Positions 35,726 through 43,283 of a DNA stretch of 64,000 bases are shown here, piece after piece. How positions within the stretch are numbered: the first letter of the stretch is position 1; each line of letters opens with the position of its first letter. Made by a program: the position numbers and the translations under genes. The notes beneath the pieces were generated by a model. That model saw only the letters and a program-made list of their open reading frames with translations, was not told the DNA's origin and did no database searches. Where the stretch lies: positions 7,781 through 71,780 of IMG/VR virus record IMGVR_UViG_3300025530_000010, one strand, 5' to 3'. The DNA is from a virus (Duplodnaviria; Caudoviricetes).

Positions 35726-36967
35726 ATGAACGCCACCGAGATCCGCAAGACCCAGGTTCACGAATGGACCCTCCCGGCCTACAACCTGCGCCGGTTCGAG
35801 GCCAAGGTCGAGCAGGCCAACCGCAGGCTCGCCCGCGCCGGGCTCAACGCCAGCTTCGACGTCGCCTACGAGCGCTACAACGTCACCCGCAAGGGCAACA
35901 ACGGCGAGACCATCACCGAGCCGTGGGTGCGGGCGACCCTGAACGGCCCGCTGCGCATCGCCGCCGGGCACTACACCTTCGTCGCCAACCTGGTGCCGGA
36001 GGAGGCGGGCATCACCGTCCACACCGCCCCCGGCCAGGAGCTGGGCGGCTACGAGCCGCGCGGCGACTTCGAGTGCGAGCACTGCAAGATCGCCCGCGCC
36101 CGCACCCGGCTGTACCTGGTGCGTGACAACCGGGACGGCCGGATCATCCAGCTGGGCCACAACTGCATCGAGCTCTACACCGGCGTGGCTCCCAAGGGGC
36201 TGTGGGCCCTGACCTACGACGAGGAGCTGACGGCGGTGGCCGACGAGGACGGCGAGTGGTCGGCCAGCCCGTGGGCCCGCACCGCCGACGTCGACTGGGT
36301 GCTGGCCTACGCCTGGGCCCACAGCGACGAGGGCCGGGCCTACGTCCCCTCGGAGGCCTACGAGATCTCGACCGCGACCCGGGTGCGCACCTCGCTGTTC
36401 CTGTCGATCGCCCACCTGTCCAAGCCGGAGCAGACCTACTACGCCGAGATCGCCAAGAAGGCCCTGGGCTTCTTCAACGACAAGGAGCTGCTGGCGGCCA
36501 TCAAGGCCGGTGTCGAGGCCACCAGCCCGAACACCGACTACGGCCGCAACCTGCGGGTGCTCCTGGCGGGCGAGCGGGTCTCGGAACGCAACGTCGGCCT
36601 GCTGGCCAGCCTGGTCAAGGTCTTCGCCAAGGAGCAGGAGCGCCGCGCCGAGCAGGCCGCCAGCCCGGCCGCCGAGGGCTTTATCGGCGAGGTCGGCCAG
36701 CGGCTGCGGAACCTGGCGATCCAGCTGACCGCCGTGCGGAAGTTCGAGGGCGCCTACGGCCCCACCACCCTGTTCGTCGGCCGGACCGCCGACGGGCACG
36801 TGATCAAGTGGTTCGCCAGCGGCAACTACCGCCACCAGCCCGGCAACACCCTGTACCTGCAGGCGGCCACGGTCAAGGCCCACGAGCACTACCAGGGCGA
36901 GGACCAGACGGTGATCACCCGGGGCAAGATCGACCCCGAGCTGACCCGCCAGGAGCTGAATCGGTAA
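35726..36967 (+). CDS. conserved phage protein with Zn finger and C-terminal OB-fold-like domain (413 aa)
   Basis: CEHCKIARAR...LGHNC; GPTTLFVGRTADGHVIKWFAS...ATVKAHEHYQGEDQTVITR OB-like tail; start set at the leaderless ATG 35726. Confidence 0.8.
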   Translation: MNATEIRKTQVHEWTLPAYNLRRFEAKVEQANRRLARAGLNASFDVAYERYNVTRKGNNGETITEPWVRATLNGPLRIAAGHYTFVANLVPEEAGITVHTAPGQELGGYEPRGDFECEHCKIARARTRLYLVRDNRDGRIIQLGHNCIELYTGVAPKGLWALTYDEELTAVADEDGEWSASPWARTADVDWVLAYAWAHSDEGRAYVPSEAYEISTATRVRTSLFLSIAHLSKPEQTYYAEIAKKALGFFNDKELLAAIKAGVEATSPNTDYGRNLRVLLAGERVSERNVGLLASLVKVFAKEQERRAEQAASPAAEGFIGEVGQRLRNLAIQLTAVRKFEGAYGPTTLFVGRTADGHVIKWFASGNYRHQPGNTLYLQAATVKAHEHYQGEDQTVITRGKIDPELTRQELNR

Positions 36968-36969
36968 CC

Positions 36970-36996
36970 GGGAGGGGGCGGGCGACCGCCCCTCCC
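36970..36996 (+). terminator. GC hairpin after 35726..36967
   Basis: GGGAGGGGGCGG / CCGCCCCTCCC stem; no T-tract. Confidence 0.5.
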
Positions 36997-37017
36997 ACAA
37001 CCCACCAGGAGCAGCAG

Positions 37018-37152
37018 ATGGACGTGGCTTACCTGTTCGACCCCGAGGCCTGGGTGGAGCGCCTCAGGGCCGCCGGGGCCTACCGGCCGGTGGAGGCCAG
37101 CCCGCCCCGGGCAGCCGACCACGACGAGCTCCGGGCCCGCCATGCCGCCTGA
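37018..37152 (+). CDS. possible small protein (44 aa)
   Basis: AGGAG SD then ATG: MDVAYLFDPEAWVERLRAAGAY... Confidence 0.45.
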   Translation: MDVAYLFDPEAWVERLRAAGAYRPVEASPPRAADHDELRARHAA

Positions 37153-37164
37153 ACAAGGCGCCCG

Positions 37165-37428
37165 TCACCGCCCCCGGACAACGCGCCGGGGGCGGCCCTT
37201 TTCGTACCGTGACGAAATAACCAGCGGCCCTCCGGCCGGGGCTGGCGAGCCAGGGGCATCCGGTTCGATCCCGGCCGCGCGATTGGCCAATTCTCGCAGC
37301 CCGCGCTCCCGCTCCTGGCGCTCATGCAACTGCTCGCGCAACTGCTGCGCCGACGGCACGGCCAGGTGGCCGTACTTGTGCCGCAGGTACTCGAGGGCCT
37401 TCTCGCGGCCCGGGGATCTCACCGTCAT
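37165..37428 (-). CDS. hypothetical protein (87 aa)
   Basis: GGGAGG SD; helical charged N-half. Confidence 0.6.
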   Translation of the reverse strand: MTVRSPGREKALEYLRHKYGHLAVPSAQQLREQLHERQERERGLRELANRAAGIEPDAPGSPAPAGGPLVISSRYEKGRPRRVVRGR

Positions 37429-37437
37429 GCTGCCTCC

Positions 37438-38001
37438 CTATCCGATACGGCTACCGCCCTTGGCGATCTGGTCGTGGACGAACTTCGGGGTGTCGACGTA
37501 CTCGCCGCCCTCGCCCCAGGGGTCCTCGTAGGTGTAGACGCCGATCTGGTCGCCCGACAGGGCCGCCAGCGCCGCCTCCCACGGGTCGTCGTAGTTGCGC
37601 GAGACGTCGAGGTACCACTTCGGCTTCTTGTCCTCCTCGTCGGCGTCCTCGGGCACCGGATCGGTCGCCCTCGGGTGCTCCCAGCCGCCGAGGTAGTTCT
37701 CCGAGTCCGACAGCTCCTCGCGGTACCGATCGACGAAGTCGCGCAGCGCCTGCGCCGACGGCAGGGTCGGCGCCTTGACCTCCGAGCCCGGCAGCGACAC
37801 CATCGTGCCGCTCCTGGGGGCGTCCTCGGTGGTGAGCCCGACCGTCACCCCCGGGTCTCCCTTGATGGCGTTCTGGTAGATCGCCCGCAGCACATCGGCG
37901 TACCACTGGGCGTCCGGGTCGTCGGGGATGGCGGCCTGGCGCCGGACGTAGGCGACGCGGCCCGGGTACTGGGCGGCCTGGGACTGGATCGACTGTGGCA
38001 T
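37438..38001 (-). CDS. putative SAM-lyase-like protein
   Basis: GxT...G.MVS, YLGGW...WYLDVS...EAALAA...DQIGVY pattern; the CDS is clear but the function is inferred. Confidence 0.75.
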   Translation of the reverse strand: MPQSIQSQAAQYPGRVAYVRRQAAIPDDPDAQWYADVLRAIYQNAIKGDPGVTVGLTTEDAPRSGTMVSLPGSEVKAPTLPSAQALRDFVDRYREELSDSENYLGGWEHPRATDPVPEDADEEDKKPKWYLDVSRNYDDPWEAALAALSGDQIGVYTYEDPWGEGGEYVDTPKFVHDQIAKGGSRIG

Positions 38002-38130
38002 AACCAACCTCCTCTCCTATTCCCCGGCGGCCTGGGCGCGACGACAACGATTTTCCTCAATTCTATACCCACGCTAGGAATTTCGCCAGACCCGAATCGC
38101 CAGGGCAGAGCACGTCTGTAGGTGTCCCGG

Positions 38131-38167
38131 AAACGACGAGACCCCCTCCCGGAGGAGGGGGCCTCGC
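38131..38167 (-). terminator. intrinsic terminator after the major capsid gene
   Basis: CGAGGCCCCCTCC / GGAGGGGGTCTCG stem followed by TCGTTT. Confidence 0.75.
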
Positions 38168-38182
38168 CTACATCACCGCAGG

Positions 38183-39181
38183 TCAGGCGGTCTTGCGGAT
38201 GATGACGATGCCACGCGGGTTGATGACGGCCATGCCAACCAGCTCATCCATCACCCACCCCTTGTGGAACTGTTCGACCCGGTTGTTCTCCTCGACGTCG
38301 AGCGAGTACATCACCGGGAAGACACCCAGGAACTCGGGATCCGGGGTCAGGTAGAAGGTGCCCTTCGGGATGATCACCGACTTGCCGATCTGGAACTCGC
38401 CGAACTGGACGATCCGCTCGCCCGCGACCACCGAGTCCTTGAACGCCCAACCGGTGGCATTCAGGTCCCAGCGGTAGAAGTCGCGGTAGTCCAGCGGGCC
38501 GCACAGCAGTCGGGTCGACTCCAGCAGCCGGGCGTCGGTGTAGCTGACGGCCTTGTACAGGTCGGCGGGCTGGATGATCGAGCTGGCAACGGTGATCTCG
38601 TTCGGCAGCGAGCCGGTGCCCGGGTTGGCGGTCGCGTCGACCAGCCGGTACTGGGCGGCGGCGACCTCCAGCAGGGTGATCAGGCGCGAGTCCTCCTGGC
38701 GCATGATCGCCTGCTTGGACTGGTCCTGCACGTACTCAACGACGTTGGTACGCAGCCAGTACAGGTCTTCCTTCTTGATCTGCGGGAAGGTCGCGATGCG
38801 GAACAGCTCGACCCGCAGACGCTTGCCCTCGAACGGCGTGATCTTGACCTCGCCCTCGTTGCCATGCAGGTAGTAGGCCTGGCCGAGGTCGTCGAGCACG
38901 TCGTACTCGACCGGCACACCCGGGGTGAGGGTGTCCTCCAGCAGCACGTTGCGCAGGATGCCCTGGTAGCGCAGCTGCAGCTGGATCGGGCCGATCATCG
39001 ACTGGCCCAGGCGCAGGAAGCCGTTCTGCCGGTCGTTGAGGATGTTGGCCAGCTTGCACTGCTTCTCGGCCGGGGTCAGCTTGCGGCCCAGCCGCTGCAT
39101 GGTGTTCTGGATCTCGGACACGTACTCCGAGGAGTGCTTGGCGAATCGCCCGTAACCGAGGGCGGTGACAGGTGCGGTCAT
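38183..39181 (-). CDS. major capsid protein (HK97 fold)
   Basis: LGQSMIGPIQLQLRYQGILRNVL, VELFRIATFPQI...EDL, ELVGMAVINPRGI; AGGAG SD before ATG 39181; followed by a terminator. Confidence 0.92.
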   Translation of the reverse strand: MTAPVTALGYGRFAKHSSEYVSEIQNTMQRLGRKLTPAEKQCKLANILNDRQNGFLRLGQSMIGPIQLQLRYQGILRNVLLEDTLTPGVPVEYDVLDDLGQAYYLHGNEGEVKITPFEGKRLRVELFRIATFPQIKKEDLYWLRTNVVEYVQDQSKQAIMRQEDSRLITLLEVAAAQYRLVDATANPGTGSLPNEITVASSIIQPADLYKAVSYTDARLLESTRLLCGPLDYRDFYRWDLNATGWAFKDSVVAGERIVQFGEFQIGKSVIIPKGTFYLTPDPEFLGVFPVMYSLDVEENNRVEQFHKGWVMDELVGMAVINPRGIVIIRKTA

Positions 39182-39215
39182 GGTCGTAACTCCTTGAGTC
39201 TCTTGGGTCCTCGGC

Positions 39216-39752
39216 TTAGCTGTCACCCGCAACGGCCACGGACGAGGCCAGGTTGAAGCGGTTCAGGCGAACGACGATCTTGTCGGTCGACACCACATCA
39301 ACCAGCTCGGCGATGGCGTTCTCGTGGTTGGCGCCGGTCGGGGTCAGCAGCCCCTTGTTGTTGGCGGTCAGCAGCTGCACACGGCCGTCAGTCGGGTTGG
39401 CCGAGGCCCAGTCGGCCTCCTGGTCGAAGCCCGGGGCGAGGACCTCGAACACCGCCTGCTCACCACCGACCCACACGGTGAAGTGGTTGGCGCCGGTCGA
39501 GGTCACCTCGTCGATGCCCAGGCTCGGGGCGACGAACAGGGCCGACAGGCCGAACGGCTTCTGGCCCGGCGCACCGGTGTACGGGCCGAACACCTCGCCG
39601 TACAGCCGGGTCATCACCGTGCCCGGGACGATGTCGAAGCTGCGGTCCCACTCCGGGTCGAGGAACCCGGCGTACGGGGTCGCCTGGTAGTTGGCGTACA
39701 GCGGCCGGATCGAGCGCTTCTGCGCGGGATTGGCCTGAGTTACGCGAAACAT
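39216..39752 (-). CDS. capsid decoration/stabilising protein
   Basis: between scaffold and MCP (lambda D-like position); beta-rich. Confidence 0.7.
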   Translation of the reverse strand: MFRVTQANPAQKRSIRPLYANYQATPYAGFLDPEWDRSFDIVPGTVMTRLYGEVFGPYTGAPGQKPFGLSALFVAPSLGIDEVTSTGANHFTVWVGGEQAVFEVLAPGFDQEADWASANPTDGRVQLLTANNKGLLTPTGANHENAIAELVDVVSTDKIVVRLNRFNLASSVAVAGDS

Positions 39753-39770
39753 CTTGTCTCTCCTTGATGT

Positions 39771-41081
39771 TCAGAGGAACAGGGCGGCGCCGTCGTCGGT
39801 CGGCGAGGCCGTGGCGGCCTGGCGGATCGTGGCGGCCGGACGCTGCGCGGTCAGGCCACGCGGGATCGACTGCATGCGCTGCTGGGCCGCAGCGGTCTTG
39901 GTCTTGGCGCCCTTGGCGTTAACGGCCTCCAGCAGCTTGATCCGGTCCACGACCACCGACTCGCGCATGTTCTCGGCCTGGCGGACCAGCTTCCACTGAT
40001 CCTTCTCCGGCGCCAGCCCGGCCTCGATGTAGGCCTTGGCGTAGCGCATCGCGGTGATGGCATCCGCCTTGCGAGCGGTCTTGTCGCCCTCGCCAGGGGC
40101 CCAGATCTGGGAGTCGGAGCTCAGCTCCGGATCGGCGATGTCGTCCCCGGCGTTGTTGCCGAAGTCGTGCAAGTCGTACTGCGAGGCCTGGGCGTCGGCG
40201 TCGGTGACGTTCTTGACGGGGGCCTCGACATCGACCCGCGCGTCCGGCGCCGCGACCTCCAGGGACTCATCCTGCGCAAAGCGCTTCACCTTCGCCTCCT
40301 TGAGGGCCCGTTCCAGCCCCCGCCCCAGAGTCTGAATGTCAACGTTGTTGGCCCGGGCCCAACGCACGGCCTGGCGACGCACCCACCGGGTGTTGGTGTG
40401 TTGTGCGACCCTGCGACCAGTAGCGCGCTTCATCCACTCGTCAAAGGTGGCGAAGACCTTCTTGCTGGCATCCTTGGGCTGGGTCTCGACGTCATCGAGC
40501 GAGACGTCATCGAAGTTGTCGCCCTTGAGATCCTGCTCGTCGGTACCGCTCAGCGGCGGATCGACCTTCTCGGCCTGCTCGACGGCATCGGCGACACGAC
40601 GCGAGGCCTGGCGGCCCCGGTAGAACTCGGCGGCCAGGCGCGGATCCAGGCCCACGGCCTGGTAGAAGCGCGCCGGGCTGAATCGCGGATTCTCGGCCTT
40701 GAACGCGGCGCAGAAGTGCCGGGCCATCGCCAGCCGCTGCCGGGGCGGCATGGTGCCGACGAACCTGGCCGTCTCGACGTACGGGCGGGCGCTGGCCGTG
40801 GTGATGATCGGCTTGCGAGATGCCTTGCCCGCCAAGCGCTGATAGGCGTTCAGGTCACGCTGCAGATCGGCGGCCTTGGCACGGATACGGGCCACCAGGG
40901 TGTTGACGGTGTTTTCGATCTTCGGCTCATCACCGGTCGGCGCCTCGACCTCCTCGGCGGCGGGCGTCTGGGAGATGTAGAGCTCCTCCTGCTCACCCTG
41001 GTCGTTGCGCCCGTACGGGCTGCCGTCGGTGTGGCCGCTGGTATCGGCCAGGCGGCGACGGCGCGCCTTGGTAGCGCTCAT
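39771..41081 (-). CDS. probable nested in-frame scaffold protein (internal start)
   Basis: GAAAGGA-N6-ATG at 41081 inside the protease ORF (MSATKARRRRLAD...). Confidence 0.55.
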   Translation of the reverse strand: MSATKARRRRLADTSGHTDGSPYGRNDQGEQEELYISQTPAAEEVEAPTGDEPKIENTVNTLVARIRAKAADLQRDLNAYQRLAGKASRKPIITTASARPYVETARFVGTMPPRQRLAMARHFCAAFKAENPRFSPARFYQAVGLDPRLAAEFYRGRQASRRVADAVEQAEKVDPPLSGTDEQDLKGDNFDDVSLDDVETQPKDASKKVFATFDEWMKRATGRRVAQHTNTRWVRRQAVRWARANNVDIQTLGRGLERALKEAKVKRFAQDESLEVAAPDARVDVEAPVKNVTDADAQASQYDLHDFGNNAGDDIADPELSSDSQIWAPGEGDKTARKADAITAMRYAKAYIEAGLAPEKDQWKLVRQAENMRESVVVDRIKLLEAVNAKGAKTKTAAAQQRMQSIPRGLTAQRPAATIRQAATASPTDDGAALFL

Positions 41082-43235
41082 GGCAGATCCTTTCCGCGTC
41101 TGTCCCCTGTTCATGGCGCGGCGTCCCTTCTTTGCAGGGGGCTTTCCTGTGCCGAAGAAGAAGTCCCACGGAAGGGTTTCTCGATAACGCTCAATGTTCC
41201 TGACCAGCGTTCGGTCATCACCTTCACCGGCTGCGACATAAAGGGCTTCAAGCTCATCGCGATTCAGGTCGCGGATGTCCTTGATACCGTCCGGAGTCCA
41301 GTAGGTGTAACCATCCTCACCGGAACCGGGGGTACTGGCGCGGCGGGCCGACTTTGCAGAGCGGGTGCGGCGGCGCGCCTCCCGGTACTCCTCTTCGTCC
41401 TCGTCGGAGTCCTCGTCCTCGTCGGAGTCCTCGTCCTCGTCAGAGTCCTCGTCCTCGTCGGAGTCCTCGTCCTCGTCGGAGTCATCCGGCCCATCGGGGT
41501 CCTCCCCCAGAACGGCCTCCTGGTGTCCGTCCGGCTCGTCGAGCTCGGCGTCGCCGTCGAGGTCCATACCGAGCACCTCCTCGAGCAGCTCCAGCTGGGC
41601 CTGCTCCTCGGGGGACAGGGACGGCAGACCGCCCAGCTCCTCGACCGGCGGAACCGGAATCGGCGGGACACCAACCGCCGTGCGCGTCGTGCGGCGACGG
41701 CGGCGCTTGGCCTTGGCCATTGTCATCCTCCTCATCAGGACTTCATCGGGATCGGGGTCGCCGTCGACGACGCCCTTGCCTTCGACCTCCTCGACAAGCC
41801 GTTCCTCGTCGAGGCCTGCGGCCTCCTGCCGCTCGTCAAACTCCTTGACCCTGTCGAAGTTTGGTCCACTGAGCTCCGGCGGCGATTTGAGGTAGTGCTT
41901 GAACGGCGACTCCTCGACCGGCGCGATCTGGTCGACGAAGTCGTAGTCGTCGAGGGTGTCGTTCTCGTCGTTGCGCAGCGTGTCGATGTCCTCGGGAACC
42001 TCGATCTCGCCGTAGGCAATTCGTCGCCGCGAACTGGTGCGCATGGGGATCGGGGCGGTGTGCACGTGGTCCATGTGGTTCTGGGTGGGGCTGCCCCGGT
42101 CCGACATGCCGACGACCGAACCGTCGGCGTTCCACTGCTTTTGCTGCCACAGCACGTACGGGGCGCCGTGCTCGAAGGCCTTCTGCATGACCGAGCGGGC
42201 CACGGCCGGATCGGTGGTCATGACGTCCAGGGCACCCCGGTCGTGCTCGTGGTAGTTGTCGACCCGGTAGCCGCCGATCTCCAGGTCCGGGAATTCGGCC
42301 CTGATCGCGTCGTAGAGCGGGCGGGCATTAGGCAGAATGCCGCTGGCGTCCGGGGTGCCGCCGCCACCGGCCGGGACGCCCTGGCCGCCGGAGAAGCCAG
42401 CGCCGGAGACACCGCTGCCGTAGGAGGAGTCCCACTTGCCGAAGTCGCCCTGGACGGGGGTCGCGTAGGCGCTGTAGTCGGTGGTGTCCTCGCCACCCAT
42501 CTGCTCGCCGTCGACCTCGATGTCGTAGATGTTGTCCTCGTCGTCGTCTGCGGCGGTGCGCTTGTTGGCGACCATCACCCGGCTGACGACGGCGGTCTCG
42601 TCGGCGGGGTCGAAAACGTAACTGAGCTCGAAGAATCCGAGCTTGTAGCAGTCCTCGTAGACGAGCTTCTCCTCGGTCTTGCCCGTCTTGGGGTTCTTGA
42701 CCTTGACGTACTTGCCCTTGTGATTTCGGACGTGGTCGCAGAAGTCGGACTCGTCGACGGCCTTGTTGCCGCAGGCCGAGCAGATGGTGAAGCCCGCCTC
42801 GACGCCCATCGAGACGCTGTCGAGGCCGCCCTCGCGAATCTCCTTGGCCAGCTTGGGGAATCGCTGGGCGTCGATCTCCATGATGGTCTCGATGTACTTG
42901 TCGTCACCGTTTTCGACGTAGCGGGCAGCGATGACCTTGCCCCGGGCCCGGCTGGGGTCGAAGTTCTGGTGGTTGACGAAGACCGGCTTGCCGATGAACG
43001 TGCGGTAGGCCTTCTTCAACTCCTCGCTCGGCCAGGCGTCGAAGTTTTGGTTGATGCGGGCCGAGATGGCCCGCACCTGGGTGTAGAGGAAGCCCGGCTT
43101 GGGCTCCCAGCCCTTGGCCACCGCGCTGTTGTCGTCGGCCTTGTAGGCCAGAATGACCTGGCGCAGACCGGCATCGGAGAGCTCGCGGCTCTGTGATGCG
43201 GTCACGACACGGCGCTGGCGGGTTGTGGTGCTCAC
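39771..43235 (-). CDS. prohead protease - wall peptidase - scaffold polyprotein (1154 aa)
   Basis: KPVFVNHQN, DSVSMG...CSACG...CDH, FELSYVFDPAD protease motifs; GGYR..HEH...ALDVM...NHMDHVH Zn-peptidase; acidic/coiled C-terminus ending GAALFL. Confidence 0.85.
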   Translation of the reverse strand: MSTTTRQRRVVTASQSRELSDAGLRQVILAYKADDNSAVAKGWEPKPGFLYTQVRAISARINQNFDAWPSEELKKAYRTFIGKPVFVNHQNFDPSRARGKVIAARYVENGDDKYIETIMEIDAQRFPKLAKEIREGGLDSVSMGVEAGFTICSACGNKAVDESDFCDHVRNHKGKYVKVKNPKTGKTEEKLVYEDCYKLGFFELSYVFDPADETAVVSRVMVANKRTAADDDEDNIYDIEVDGEQMGGEDTTDYSAYATPVQGDFGKWDSSYGSGVSGAGFSGGQGVPAGGGGTPDASGILPNARPLYDAIRAEFPDLEIGGYRVDNYHEHDRGALDVMTTDPAVARSVMQKAFEHGAPYVLWQQKQWNADGSVVGMSDRGSPTQNHMDHVHTAPIPMRTSSRRRIAYGEIEVPEDIDTLRNDENDTLDDYDFVDQIAPVEESPFKHYLKSPPELSGPNFDRVKEFDERQEAAGLDEERLVEEVEGKGVVDGDPDPDEVLMRRMTMAKAKRRRRRTTRTAVGVPPIPVPPVEELGGLPSLSPEEQAQLELLEEVLGMDLDGDAELDEPDGHQEAVLGEDPDGPDDSDEDEDSDEDEDSDEDEDSDEDEDSDEDEEEYREARRRTRSAKSARRASTPGSGEDGYTYWTPDGIKDIRDLNRDELEALYVAAGEGDDRTLVRNIERYRETLPWDFFFGTGKPPAKKGRRAMNRGQTRKGSAMSATKARRRRLADTSGHTDGSPYGRNDQGEQEELYISQTPAAEEVEAPTGDEPKIENTVNTLVARIRAKAADLQRDLNAYQRLAGKASRKPIITTASARPYVETARFVGTMPPRQRLAMARHFCAAFKAENPRFSPARFYQAVGLDPRLAAEFYRGRQASRRVADAVEQAEKVDPPLSGTDEQDLKGDNFDDVSLDDVETQPKDASKKVFATFDEWMKRATGRRVAQHTNTRWVRRQAVRWARANNVDIQTLGRGLERALKEAKVKRFAQDESLEVAAPDARVDVEAPVKNVTDADAQASQYDLHDFGNNAGDDIADPELSSDSQIWAPGEGDKTARKADAITAMRYAKAYIEAGLAPEKDQWKLVRQAENMRESVVVDRIKLLEAVNAKGAKTKTAAAQQRMQSIPRGLTAQRPAATIRQAATASPTDDGAALFL
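41395..41484. repeat. 5 x 18-bp coding tandem repeat (DSDEDE)
   Basis: TCGTCCTCGTCGGAGTCC x5 with single variants. Confidence 0.95.
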
Positions 43236-43251
43236 CCAACTACCTCCTCGG

Positions 43252-43283
43252 CTATTCCTGTGCCGACACGCGGGTGATACAGG
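43252..43283 (-). promoter_or_regulatory. putative late promoter (protease/scaffold)
   Basis: CCTGTA-N18-AGGAATAG then GAGGAGG SD. Confidence 0.7.
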
